Positions 18,617-28,583 of a DNA stretch of 64,000 nt are shown here, in pieces. The stretch's first letter is position 1; each line of letters begins with the position of its first letter. The notes below the pieces were generated by a model, which saw only the letters and a program-made list of their open reading frames with translations, was not told where the DNA came from and did not search any database. The translations under genes were made by a program, and so were the position numbers. The DNA comes from an uncultured Actinomycetes bacterium (GTDB taxonomy: Bacteria > Actinomycetota > UBA4738 > HRBIN12), in the NCBI GenBank assembly GCA_963705545.1, contig CAVPJX010000002.1:109468-173467 (forward strand), in the 5' to 3' direction.

Positions 18617-19147
18617 TCACGGGCCGCGGAGGGCGCCCTCGTGTCGGAGCAGGAAGCGCTTGCGATCCTCGTGCCGTCCGTACCCGCCGATGTGGCCGTC
18701 GGCGTGGACCACGCGGTGACAGGGGATCCAGAGCTCGATCGGGCAGCGGGCGAGCGCCCCGCCGGCGGCTCGGCCGCCACGCGGGCTCCCCGCAGCGGCC
18801 GCCACGTCGCCGTAGGTGACCAGCTGGCCGTACGGGATGGTCCGCGTGATCTCCAGGACCCTGGACGCGAAGCCGGCGCCGACGAGCCGCAGATCGACCG
18901 GGGAGCGGAGCGCGTTCCGTCGCCCGGCGAAGTAGCCGTCGACCTCCCTCCGGATCCGATCGACGGCCCGGCCGCGGCCCGGACCGACGGTCGCGCGGAG
19001 GGTCCGCTCGAGCGCGTCCAGATCCCGTTCGGCCGCGCCGCCGCCGTCGTCGAACGCGGTGGCGACGATCCCGGAGCCGGAGGACACGATCGTGAGGGTG
19101 CCGAGCGGCGTCTCGACGGACGTCGCCGCCAGGCCGGAGCCGACCAT
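18617..19147 (-). CDS. ogt: methylated-DNA--protein-cysteine methyltransferase
   Basis: About 176 aa from MVGSGLAATSVETPLGTL... The active site is ...LARCPIELWIPCHRVVHADG (PCHR motif). Start from residue counting in ORF 18617..19696. Confidence 0.8.
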   Translation of the reverse strand: MVGSGLAATSVETPLGTLTIVSSGSGIVATAFDDGGGAAERDLDALERTLRATVGPGRGRAVDRIRREVDGYFAGRRNALRSPVDLRLVGAGFASRVLEITRTIPYGQLVTYGDVAAAAGSPRGGRAAGGALARCPIELWIPCHRVVHADGHIGGYGRHEDRKRFLLRHEGALRGP

Positions 19148-19890
19148 CAGATCGGCGGCCACGGGTACGGCCGCCCGGGCCCCGGCGTGGGGAACGTGGC
19201 GGCCGCGATCGCGTCGTCGATCCGGGCGTCGAGCGCGAGCAGCTCGGGGGCGGACAAGAGCTCGCGCAGCCTCCCGCCGAGGTTCCCCTCGAGCGACGAG
19301 CGTAGCCGCCCGAGGTCGCTCCGCAGCTCGTCGGGGATCGGCTCGCCCTCGAACTCCCAGATCACCGTTCGGAGCTTCGGCTCCACCGCGAAGCAGACCC
19401 CGTGATCGACGACCCAGATCCGTCCGTCCTCCCCGAGGAGGCAGTGGCCGCCCTTGCGGTCCGCGTTGTTCGCGACGTGGTCGAAGAGCGCGATCCGGCG
19501 GAACGCGTCCGGGTGGCGCTCGGCCAGCGTGAAGTAGTGCTCGTTCGGGTCGAACGCGACGAACAGCTGGACCGAGCCCGGTCCTCGAGGCCCGTCGCGC
19601 AGGATCGTGGGCGGAACGTCGGGCCAGCCGAGCTCCGCGGCGACGAGGTAGGCGGCGACCTCGCGGCGGCACAGGGTTCCCTCGGCGAAGTCCCACAGCG
19701 GCGTCTCCCCGTCGCGCGGCTTGTAGACGGCGAGCATGGGTGGCTCTTCGGACGAGGCGACCCGGACCAGGAAGGTCTCGTTCGACGAGTTCGGCAGGTA
19801 CCCGAGGAGCTCGAGCTCACCGGAGACGAGCGCGGGCGGGACCGGCGGTCCGTTCAGTCCCGCCGTGAGTGACCGTTCATCGCGGGGCAT
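19147..19890 (-). CDS. SCO1664-family protein (PI3/4-kinase-like fold; conserved actinobacterial, mycothiol-associated cluster)
   Basis: Start at MPRDERSLTAG (residue 85 of ORF 19147..20142). Contains ...LFDHVANNADRKGGHCLLGEDGRIWVVDHGVCF... The stop overlaps the ogt start by 1 nt. Confidence 0.6.
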   Translation of the reverse strand: MPRDERSLTAGLNGPPVPPALVSGELELLGYLPNSSNETFLVRVASSEEPPMLAVYKPRDGETPLWDFAEGTLCRREVAAYLVAAELGWPDVPPTILRDGPRGPGSVQLFVAFDPNEHYFTLAERHPDAFRRIALFDHVANNADRKGGHCLLGEDGRIWVVDHGVCFAVEPKLRTVIWEFEGEPIPDELRSDLGRLRSSLEGNLGGRLRELLSAPELLALDARIDDAIAAATFPTPGPGRPYPWPPI

Positions 19891-20375
19891 GCGTGGCCCT
19901 CCGGGTCGAGCGGGTTCCCGCAGAACTGGCACGTCGGCCGGCCGCGCTCGGCGACCGAGGCTCCATGACGCGAGAGCGCGAACATCTGCTCCTTCGTGGC
20001 CCAGAGCCGCAGTTGGTCGGGCTCGGCTCGGAGCAGCACGTCGGGATCGTCCTCCTCGAGCTCCGGCTGGTATTCGTCGACCTCCAGGAGGAAGAGGTCG
20101 CGCTCCTCGTCGAACCCGATCGAGAGCCGGCCCGCGCGCCACCGTGGGTCGAGCGGCTCCTCCAGGTCCATCTCGGATTCGTCGGGCCCGGTCCCGGTTT
20201 CCAGGTCCAGGCGCTCCAGGAGGTCGAGGACCGACGCCGCGAGGAGCTGCACCTGTTCCTTCTCCACGATCACGGTGACCAGATCGGTCCCGCTGCGAAC
20301 CTGCAGGTAGAAGGTCCGCTCGCCGGGCGGGCCGACCGCGTCGGCGGTGATCCGATCGACGGGTCCGAGCTCCAT
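19854..20375 (-). CDS. DUF3090 family protein
   Basis: 173 aa from MELGPVDRITADAVGPPGERTFYLQ... to ...TCQFCGNPLDPEGHACPAMNGH. Overlaps the downstream SCO1664-family gene by 37 nt. Confidence 0.6.
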   Translation of the reverse strand: MELGPVDRITADAVGPPGERTFYLQVRSGTDLVTVIVEKEQVQLLAASVLDLLERLDLETGTGPDESEMDLEEPLDPRWRAGRLSIGFDEERDLFLLEVDEYQPELEEDDPDVLLRAEPDQLRLWATKEQMFALSRHGASVAERGRPTCQFCGNPLDPEGHACPAMNGHSRRD

Positions 20376-20380
20376 GCGGG

Positions 20381-21019
20381 CTATCCTCGCAGGTTCCGTT
20401 TCCCTCGCGGGGCGGCGAACCGCTGCAGGCCGCCTGTGTCGTTCACCAACAGCACGTGCGGCTGCGCCCCATCGATGTGGACGACCGAAACGGCCGCGGT
20501 GTCGACGATCGTGCGCTGGAACGCGTCGAGATGCGCGCCGGCGTAGTGCGAGACGAGCATGCGCACGATGTCGCCGTGCGTGGCGACGGCGACGTTGGCG
20601 CGTGGATGGCGCATCGCGATGCGTGTCAACCCGTCGATCGCCCGCGCCTGCGCTTCCGGGAACGACTCGCCGTCCGGGAAGCGGAACGCGGACGGCGTTG
20701 CCTGCAGGACGCGCCACGCCTTCGTCCGGCGGACCTGCGCGAGGGAACGGCCGGTCCACGACCCGGCGTCCATCTCGATCAGCGCCGCGCGTCGCTCGAC
20801 GGCGAGCCGCCGCGCCGTGGCGAGCGGTTCGATCGTCTCCACGCATCGCTCCAGCGGGCTCGAGTAGGTGGCGCCGAGTCGGACCCCTTGGAACCGCTCG
20901 ATCAGCGCGTCGGCTTGCGCCCGTCCGCGATCGTCGAGACCGATCCCGGCGGTCCGACCGTAGAGGATCTTGCCGGTCTGCGCGGTCAGACCATGCCGGA
21001 TCAGGAAGAGCGTCGTCAC
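20381..21019 (-). CDS. histidine phosphatase family protein (phosphoglycerate mutase-like)
   Basis: 212 aa. MTTLFLIRHGLTAQT... carries the catalytic RHG motif. Confidence 0.8.
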   Translation of the reverse strand: MTTLFLIRHGLTAQTGKILYGRTAGIGLDDRGRAQADALIERFQGVRLGATYSSPLERCVETIEPLATARRLAVERRAALIEMDAGSWTGRSLAQVRRTKAWRVLQATPSAFRFPDGESFPEAQARAIDGLTRIAMRHPRANVAVATHGDIVRMLVSHYAGAHLDAFQRTIVDTAAVSVVHIDGAQPHVLLVNDTGGLQRFAAPRGKRNLRG

Positions 21020-21043
21020 GGGCGGAGGATACGCGGCTCGGGT

Positions 21044-22201
21044 TCAGTCGGCGGGTGCCATGGGCAGCCGCACCACGAAGGTTGACCCGCGCCCGAGCTC
21101 GCTTCGAACGTCGACCGTGCCGCCGTGGTTCTCCGCGACGTGCTTGACGATCGCGAGTCCGAGCCCCGTGCCCCCGGTCTCGCGGGAACGCGCGCGGTCG
21201 ACGCGGTAGAAGCGCTCGAAGATCCGCGGGAGCTCCCGCGACGGGATCCCCAGCCCCGAATCCTCGACCTCGAGGATCACCGACCGGTCCTCGGTCGCCA
21301 CCGTGATCCGGACCCGTCCGTCCGGCGGCGTGTAGCGGATCGCGTTGTCGACGAGGTTCCGGATCAGCAAGGAGAGGTCGCGCGCGGATCCGACGACCGG
21401 CGGCGCCGGCGGAGCATCGATCTCGAGCGAGAGCTTCGCATCCTGCGCCGTCGCCTCGAACCGCTGGCCCTCCTCGCGCACGAGCGCGTCGAGTCTGACG
21501 CGGTCATCCAGGATGCCTCCGGATTCCAGGCGGGAGAGGTCCAGCAGGTCGGCCACGATCCGCGAGAGGCGAACGGCATCCCGTTCGAGCTGGGCCGCGA
21601 ACCGCGGAACGGCGTCCGGGTCCTCCTCCGCGGCATGGGCGAGCGTCTCGGCCGCGGCCTGGATCGACGCCGCGGGCGTCTTCAGCTCGTGGGACGCGTT
21701 CGCGACGAAGTCCCTGCGGATCGCCTCGACCCGCCGGCTCTCGGTGATGTCGGTGACCACCATGAGGGTGGAGCCGTCCTCGCCGGCTGGGGTCGCCGTG
21801 ACGCGGAGCCACCGAGGCGGCGTCCCACGCTCGATCTCGGTGGAGGTGACGGCCCTGGATGTGGTCGCCCGCTCCGCCGCCTGCCGGATCGCCGGCGGAT
21901 AGACGTGGCCGAGCGAATCAGGACGACCGCCCAGGTGTTCGACGAGCGCCCCGTTCGCGAAGACGGTGCGTCCCTCGCCGTCGACCAGCAGGACGCCCTC
22001 CCGCATGGATCCGAGCGTCAGCTCCTGCACTCGGCGTGCCTCCGTCGCCTCCTCGCGGCCCTCCTCCAGCGATGCACGCGCGGCACGGATCGAGCGGTCC
22101 GCCTGCGCCAGCTCGCCACGTCGCGACCGGCGCCCGAACAGGAACCCGACGACCGCGATCACCGTCGCCCCCACGATCCCGACAAGCACGTCCGCGTCCA
22201 C
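21044..22201 (-). CDS. PAS-containing sensor histidine kinase, SenX3/PhoR-like
   Basis: 385 aa. N-terminal TM, a PAS domain (MREGVLLVDGEGRTVFAN), HisKA (FVANASHELKTPAAS) and an HATPase_c domain. It lies divergent to pstS. Confidence 0.8.
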   Translation of the reverse strand: MDADVLVGIVGATVIAVVGFLFGRRSRRGELAQADRSIRAARASLEEGREEATEARRVQELTLGSMREGVLLVDGEGRTVFANGALVEHLGGRPDSLGHVYPPAIRQAAERATTSRAVTSTEIERGTPPRWLRVTATPAGEDGSTLMVVTDITESRRVEAIRRDFVANASHELKTPAASIQAAAETLAHAAEEDPDAVPRFAAQLERDAVRLSRIVADLLDLSRLESGGILDDRVRLDALVREEGQRFEATAQDAKLSLEIDAPPAPPVVGSARDLSLLIRNLVDNAIRYTPPDGRVRITVATEDRSVILEVEDSGLGIPSRELPRIFERFYRVDRARSRETGGTGLGLAIVKHVAENHGGTVDVRSELGRGSTFVVRLPMAPAD

Positions 22202-22337
22202 GCGGCGAGTGTACGGGCGGGGGTCGGACGGCCGACCACGGTGTTCCCCGTCCGTTCGCCTGAGCTTCCCTGGGTGGCTACCCGCAGGGCCGTAGGCCGA
22301 TGACCTGCGCAGACGGCGTCGAGATCGCCGCTAGCAC

Positions 22338-22359
22338 GTTCACCGCCCGTTCATCTTCG
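22338..22359 (+). promoter_or_regulatory. PHO-box-like direct repeat (GTTCACCgcccGTTCATCttcg) upstream of pstS
   Basis: Two 11-nt direct-repeat units with a GTTCAYC core, about 70-90 bp upstream of the pstS start. This matches the actinobacterial PhoP/RegX3 PHO-box architecture (from memory). Confidence 0.5.
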
Positions 22360-22428
22360 GGTCGATGGCCGTCCACCCGTCCTCCATAGCATCGCCCCCG
22401 GCCAGTCTCCAAGGGGAGGGTTATCGGG

Positions 22429-23485
22429 ATGGGCAAGACGCGGAAGTACGCAGGGATCCTGGGCGCGGTCCTCGCGCTCACGCTCGTCGCGGTCGCGTGC
22501 AGTAGCGACGACGGCGGCGGTGAGACCGGGACGACAGGCGGAGCCACCGGTGTCACCGGAGGCGAGGAACTGACGGGCACGATCACGATCTCAGGATCGT
22601 CCACGGTCGAGCCGATCTCGAGCCTGGTGGCGGAGCTCTTCAACGAGGTGCAGCCCGGGGTCGCGATCTCGGTCGACGGTCCCGGCACGGGCGATGGGTT
22701 CGAGCTGTTCTGCAACGGCGAGACCGACATCACCGACGCCTCCCGCCCGATCGACGAAGAAGAGGCTGCCGCCTGCGAGGCCTCGGGGATCAACTACGTC
22801 GAGCTCGAGGTCGCGTTCGACGGGATCACCGTGATGACGAATCCGGAGAACGCCGACGTCACGTGCCTGAACCTCGGCGACCTCTATGCGCTGTTCGGTC
22901 CCCAGTCCGACGGGATCGACACGTGGAACGGGGCCGACGACCTCGCGAAGCAGGTCGGCGGGAACGGTGGATTCCCGGACGCCCCGCTCGAGATCACTGC
23001 TCCGGGCGAGGAGTCCGGCACGTACGACGCTTTCATCGAGCTCTCCGGGATCGAGGACACGGCGATCGCGCAGGGGGTGCCGGAAGACGAGGCCGCGGCG
23101 CTCCGCACCGACTACCAGTCCTCTGCCGAACGACAACGTGATCATCCAGGCGATGGAGGGTTCCCCGAGCGCGCTCGGATTCGTCGGGTTCGCGTTCGCC
23201 GAGGAGGCCGGCGAAGCGATCAAGGAGATCGAGATCGACGGAGACGGTGGCTGCATCGCGCCGGCGGCCGAGACGATCGCCGACGCCAGCTACCCGCTGT
23301 CGCGGTCCCTGTACATCTACGTGAACACGGACAAGTTGGCCGACAACGCGGCCACGGCTGCCTACGTCGACTTCTACCTGAGCGACGAGGGGCTCACCAC
23401 GGCCGTGGAAGAGGCCGGCTACGTGCTCCTGCCGGCGGACCGCGTCGAGGCCACGCAGGCCGCGTGGAGCTCCGCGACGGCATGA
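22429..23485 (+). pseudogene. pstS: phosphate ABC transporter substrate-binding lipoprotein PstS; frameshifted near 23125
   Basis: N-terminus (lipobox LVAVAC, ...ITISGSSTVEP...) is in the 22429 frame. C-terminus (...PNDNVIIQAMEGSPSALGFVGFAF...YPLSRSLYIYVN...) is in the 22886..23485 frame. One extra g in tctgccgaac separates them. Confidence 0.8.
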
Positions 23486-23539
23486 CGGGAACCGTGAGTT
23501 CAGACCGGGCGCGCCTAGCGCGCCCGGTCTGGCCGGCCG

Positions 23540-24529
23540 GTGCCACGAGCGATTAGGCTTCCGACGACGTCGATGGCGACCACCTTCCCCTCCCAGCCCT
23601 CCATCACGATCCAGCAGCTCCGTGGCAACCCGCGGCGGCGCCGCAAGGAGGGCATCGTGCACGGCATCCTCGCCGCGGCTGCCCTGTTCTCGATGGCGAT
23701 CTCGGTGGCGATCGTCGTTGCCCTGATCGGTCGAGCGATAACGTTCCTGTCGGCGGTGGACCTTGGAGCACTGCTCGACGGCAGCTGGCGACCTCGTCAG
23801 GGCCAGTTCGACGTCCCGACGCTGGTGATCGGCAGCTTCCTCGTGACGATCATCGCCATGGTGGTCGCCGTCCCGTTGGGGATCGGCGCCGCGATGTTCC
23901 TTTCCGAGTACGCCACACCGCGGACCCGGCGCTGGCTGAAACCGATCCTCGAGACCCTCGCCGGCATCCCGAGCGTCGTGATCGGCTTCTTCGCGCTGAC
24001 GGTGCTCAACCCGACGATCGTCCAGAGCCTGCTCGGGGCGACCAGCACCTTCACGATGATGGCTGCCGGGATCGGCGTCGGGATCCTCACCATCCCGCTC
24101 GTGGCGTCGATCTCGGAGGATGCCATGTTCGCCGTCCCGGGGCGCTCCGGGAGGCGGCCTACGGGATCGGCGCCAGACGACGGACCGTGACCACCCGCGT
24201 GGTCCTGCCCGCCGCTATCTCGGGCATCGTCGCAGCGATGATCCTCGGTGTCTCCCGCGCGCTCGGCGAGACCATGGTGGTGGCGATCGCGGCGGGCGGC
24301 ACGGCGGAACGCGACCCGGAGCTGGGATCCGTTCGTGCCGGGTCAAACGATGACCGCCGCGATCTCGAGCCTTGCGATCGGGTCGGATTCCGTCAAGGCG
24401 GGCGCCGGCGCCGGTGGGGTCAACGCGTTCGACTCGCTCTACTTCGTGGCCCTCCTGTTGTTCGCGGTCACGCTGCTGCTGAACGTGATCAGCGAGCGGT
24501 TCGTGCGGCGCTACCGGAGGGTGTACTGA
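23540..24529 (+). pseudogene. pstC: phosphate ABC transporter permease PstC; at least two frameshifts (about 24150 and 24330)
   Basis: The protein continues across frames 23540 -> 24187 -> 24248 (...ISEDAMFAVP | ...REAAYGIGARRRTVTTRVVLPAAISG... | ...PFVPGQTMTAAISSLAIG...). It ends at a TGA overlapping the pstA ATG. Confidence 0.75.
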
Positions 24530-25471
24530 TGGCGGCCGTTCCCGTCGCGACCCGTGCCTCGGTCGCGGAGGCGCTCTCGGGTCGCCGCGCCGACGTGAAG
24601 GGGAAGGTGTTCGAAGCCTTGCTCCTGGTCTCCCTCCTGATCTCGCTCGGGGTCCTGATCACGTTGCTGCTCTCGATCCTGGTCGACGCGCTGCCGGTGT
24701 TCCGGGAACGCGGGTGGGACTTCATCACTAGCGATTCGTCGCGCTTCGACTTCCGCACGGGCGTCAAACAGGCCGTCGTTGGCTCGATCGTCCTGATCGG
24801 GTTCGTCGCCGTCTTCGCCTTGCCGCTGGGGATCGCCGCCGCCGTATACCTGCAGGAGTACGCCCGGGACTCGCGGATCAACCGCCTCCTGATCACGAAC
24901 ATCCGGAACCTGGCCGGCGTGCCCTCGATCGTCTACGGGATCCTCGGCCTCGTGGTCTTCGTGCAGTTCATGGGGGCGATCACGGGGCCAGGCAGCATCA
25001 ACGGCCGGACCACGGTCTCGGGCGGGCTGACGCTCGCCGTCCTCGTCATGCCGTTCATCATCATCATCACGATGGAGGCGCTCCGCGCAGTACCGCAGGG
25101 CATCCGCGAGGCCGCCTACGGGGTCGGGGCAACCCGCTGGGAGGTCGTGCGGAGCCACGTGTTGCCGTACGCGGCCCCGGGCGTCTTCACCGGCTGCATC
25201 CTGGCCCTGGCGCGTGCCTTCGGCGAGACGGCGCCGCTGCTGCTCGTGGGCGCGGTCACCGGCTACTTCAGCACGGGCGCCGCGAGCTTCTTCGAGCAGC
25301 TCCACGGTCCGTACACGGCCCTTCCGACGCTGATGCTTCTCGTGGTCGAGGTACCCGGGCGAGGAGTGGAAGGCGAACGCGGCCGCCGCGATCGTCGTCC
25401 TGCTCGTGGCGATCCTCGTGGTCAACGCGGTGGCGATCTGGCTGAGGAACCGGTATGAACGAAAGTGGTGA
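24529..25471 (+). pseudogene. pstA: phosphate ABC transporter permease PstA; frameshift near 25350
   Basis: MAAVPVATR... The in-frame ORF ends with junk, but shifting one frame gives the canonical C-terminus ...[36 protein letters not shown]. Confidence 0.75.
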
Positions 25472-25475
25472 TCGG

Positions 25476-26366
25476 ATGGACTCGAAGATGACCCGGGTCG
25501 AGACCGAGTCGGCCTCGACCACTCGGACGGAGGAAGGGCCGCACCTGGTGCTGAAGGTTCCCCGCGAGAGCGCCTCCGAGGAGGCGCAGCGCGAGATCGT
25601 CTTCGACGTCCAAGGCGTCTCCGTGTATTACGGCGCGTTCCGCGCGGTCCGCGACGTGAGCCTGCCCATCCTGAAGAACGAGATCACCGCGCTGATCGGA
25701 CCGTCCGGGTGCGGGAAGACGACCTTTCTGCGGTGCCTGAACCGGATGAACGACCTGATCGAAGGCGCCCGGGTGGAAGGCAAGCTCTTCTACCACGGCG
25801 TCGATCTGTATGACGACCGCGTGGATGCCGTCGAGGTCCGGCGCCGCATCGGGATGGTGTTCCAGAAGCCGAACCCCTTCCCGAAGTCGATCTACGACAA
25901 CATCGCGTTCGGTCCGAAGATCGCCGGGATGAAGGTGAACATGGACGACCTCGTCGAGGAGTGCCTCCGGCGGGCGGCCCTGTGGGACGAGGTGAAGGAC
26001 AAGCTCAAGGAGTCCGGGATGGAGCTCTCGGGTGGCCAGCAGCAGCGGCTCTGCATCGCCCGCGCGATCGCGACCCGGCCCGATGTGATCCTCATGGACG
26101 AGCCATGCTCGGCCCTCGACCCGATCGCGACGGCCCGGATCGAAGACCTGATGCAGGAGCTCCTCTCCGACTACACGATCGTGATCGTGACGCACAACAT
26201 GCAGCAGGCAGCCCGGGTCTCCGACCGCACCGCGTTCTTCACGGTCGAGGTCTCCGACACCGGTCAGCGGACCGGGACCGTGGTGGAGTTCGACCGGACC
26301 GAGACGATCTTCACGAACCCGTCGGACAAGCGCACCGAGGACTACGTGACGGGGCGATTCGGATGA
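25476..26366 (+). CDS. pstB: phosphate ABC transporter ATP-binding protein PstB
   Basis: Walker [13 protein letters not shown] signature [14 protein letters not shown], Walker B ILMDEP. An alternative upstream ATG is at 25455. Confidence 0.9.
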   Translation: MDSKMTRVETESASTTRTEEGPHLVLKVPRESASEEAQREIVFDVQGVSVYYGAFRAVRDVSLPILKNEITALIGPSGCGKTTFLRCLNRMNDLIEGARVEGKLFYHGVDLYDDRVDAVEVRRRIGMVFQKPNPFPKSIYDNIAFGPKIAGMKVNMDDLVEECLRRAALWDEVKDKLKESGMELSGGQQQRLCIARAIATRPDVILMDEPCSALDPIATARIEDLMQELLSDYTIVIVTHNMQQAARVSDRTAFFTVEVSDTGQRTGTVVEFDRTETIFTNPSDKRTEDYVTGRFG

Positions 26367-27040
26367 CGCGAGAGAGCTTCCACGAGACGCTCGAGAAGAC
26401 GGAGCTGGAGCTCCTCAGCTTGGGCGAGCTCGCCTCGACCGCGGTCCAGCGTTCCGTCGAGGCTCTCGTTACCCACGACGACGCCCTCGCCGAGCAGGTC
26501 GTGACCGACGACGACCTGATCGATGACCTGTACCTCAAGCTCGACCGCGAAGTACTGCAGCTCCTGGCCCTGCAGTCGCCCGTCGCCGAGGACCTCCGGC
26601 TCATCTCGGCGATCCTGCATTCCTGTCTCCACCTGGAGCGCGTCGGAGACCAGGCCGTGAACGTCGCGAAGCTCTACCTGACCACGAAGAACGAGCCGGG
26701 GAGCGACGGGATGCGGCAGCAGTTGCGCGAGATGGGGGACCTGGTCGTCACGATGCTGCGGACCGCGATGGAGGCGTTCGCGAAGCGGGACCTCGAGCTG
26801 TGCCGGCGGGTCCCGGTCATGGACGACCCCGTCGACCGCCTGAACCGCTCCACGCACCTCGAGGCCCTCAAGCTCGCGGACGACCCGCGGAGCCTGGACT
26901 GGGGCTTGCACATGAACATGGCGGCCCGGGCTCTCGAGCGCGTCGGGGACAACGCGGTCGACATCGCCGAGCAGGTCGGTTTCCTGGTGACCGGGGAGTT
27001 CCGCGAGTACACGGACGCGTCGCATCCGGTGGACGTCTGA
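26363..27040 (+). CDS. phoU: phosphate signalling complex protein PhoU
   Basis: 225 aa. The start overlaps the pstB stop (ATGA). Two PhoU repeats (...[14 protein letters not shown]..., ...[14 protein letters not shown]...). Confidence 0.9.
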   Translation: MTRESFHETLEKTELELLSLGELASTAVQRSVEALVTHDDALAEQVVTDDDLIDDLYLKLDREVLQLLALQSPVAEDLRLISAILHSCLHLERVGDQAVNVAKLYLTTKNEPGSDGMRQQLREMGDLVVTMLRTAMEAFAKRDLELCRRVPVMDDPVDRLNRSTHLEALKLADDPRSLDWGLHMNMAARALERVGDNAVDIAEQVGFLVTGEFREYTDASHPVDV

Positions 27041-27044
27041 GCGG

Positions 27045-27762
27045 ATGTCGGCGGACCCGGGACGCACATCCGAGCCCGGCCTGCGGATCCTGGTCGTCGA
27101 GGACGAGGAGTCGCTCGCGGACTCGGTCCGGTACAACCTGGAGCGCGAGGGGTACCTGGTCACGGTCGCGACCGACGGCCGCGCGGCGATCGAGCGCTTC
27201 CGTGGGGAGCAGCCGGCCCTGGTGATCCTCGACCTGATGTTGCCCGGAGGTCTCCGGGCTCGACGTCTGCCGCACGCTACGCGCCGAATCCGATGTCCCG
27301 ATCATCATGGTGACGGCGAAGGACTCGGAGGCCGACAAGGTCGCGGGCCTCGAGCTCGGCGCCGACGACTACGTCACGAAGCCGTTCTCGGTTCGCGAGC
27401 TCGTCTCGCGCGTGCGTGCGCACCTCCGCCGGTCGCGGATGCACTCGGTCGACGAGGCCGACGAGGTGCTCGTGGGCGGTCCGGTACGCATGGACGTCCA
27501 ACGGCACGAGGTGCGCGTGGGGGGCGGTGAGGTCGCCTTCCCCCCGAAGGAGTTCGAGCTCCTGGAGGCGTTGCTCCGGCGGAAGGGGCGCCTGCTCACC
27601 CGCGACTTCCTGATCGAGGAGGTCTGGGGCGCAGACTACTTCGGCGACACCAAGACCCTCGACGTCCACGTCAAGCGGATCCGTCGGAAGATCGAGCCGG
27701 ATCCCCATCACCCCACGCACCTGGTCACGGTCCGAGGGCTGGGCTACAAGTTCGTCGCCTGA
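27045..27762 (+). pseudogene. OmpR-family response regulator RegX3/PhoP-like; frameshifted near 27255
   Basis: Receiver (LRILVVEDEESLADSVRYNLEREGY...LVILDLMLPG) is in the 27045 frame. ...IIMVTAKDSEADKVAGLELGADDYVTKPFS...winged helix is in the 27307 frame. One extra g (ggaggtctcc) separates them. Confidence 0.8.
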
Positions 27763-27763
27763 G

Positions 27764-28541
27764 CTACCCGCGCCCGGGGATCGGTCCCTTCGTCGCGGCG
27801 ATCCGGCCCACCTCGCGGAACCCGAGCCGCTCGTAGAGGCGGAGGACCGCCGGGGCATCCGGGTCGGCGAACAGCATCAGGGGCTCCGCGCCCGCGCCGC
27901 GCCTCCTCGACGATCCGCGCGGTGATCGCGGTCGCGTACCCGCGGCCGCGCGCCTCGGGGAACGTCGTCACGTTGTCGACGTGACCCACCCCATCGAAGA
28001 CCATCAGCGCGGCCGACGCCACGATGCGCCCAGCTTCGCGAACGCCGAACCACCGCTTGCCGGACGGGGTCAGCACCTCTTCCTCGATCCTCGCGAGCTG
28101 CGTCCGAGCAGGCTCCGTCTCGACGCCGAACAGCGCGAAGGTCTCGCGGATCGTGGCCCACAGCTCCGGGCCGGGCGTGAGCTCCTCCACCTCGGCGTCG
28201 GGGATCACCTCGGGTGGGGCAGTGAGGTCCATCACGACGTCCCAGGAGCGCGCATGGCCGGCGGTCGCGAGCTCCTCGAGCACGCCGGCCTCCGGGTCGG
28301 GGTCGAAGCAGACGAGGTGGAACGTGCCGACGTCGGCGTCCGCGAGCGCGGGCGTGAGCTCGCCGGCGACCTCCGCGAGCGCGACGCCGCCGGACGGCAC
28401 GTCGACCCGCGCGTAGTTGACGTCCCAGACCGCCGGATAGCGACCGTCGGTGACGACCGCGCCCCACCACGCCGGCCGCAGGGAACCGAAGGAGCGGTCG
28501 GCGGCTCGCCAATAGCGCAGCACGTGCTCGGGGAGCGGCAC
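27764..28541 (-). pseudogene. GNAT family N-acetyltransferase; frameshifted near 27890
   Basis: GNAT motif A reads ...KRWFGVREAGRIVASAALMVFDGVGHVDNVTTFPEARGRGYATAI. The true C-terminus (...GAEPLMLFADPDAPAVLRLYERLGFREVGRIAATKGPIPGRG*) is in another frame after a 1-nt indel in a cggcgcgg run. The GTG start at 28541 is tentative. Confidence 0.6.
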
Positions 28542-28583
28542 GACGGGCAGGGTAGCGGGCGGGCGTGCGCTACGCTCCGCGGC

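Noticed and set aside
23100-27300. Programmed ribosomal frameshifting in the pst/regX3 genes
   Set aside because: There are no slippery heptamers or downstream pseudoknot candidates. The indels sit in plain G/C runs and also occur in unrelated genes across the window, which favours sequencing error or decay.
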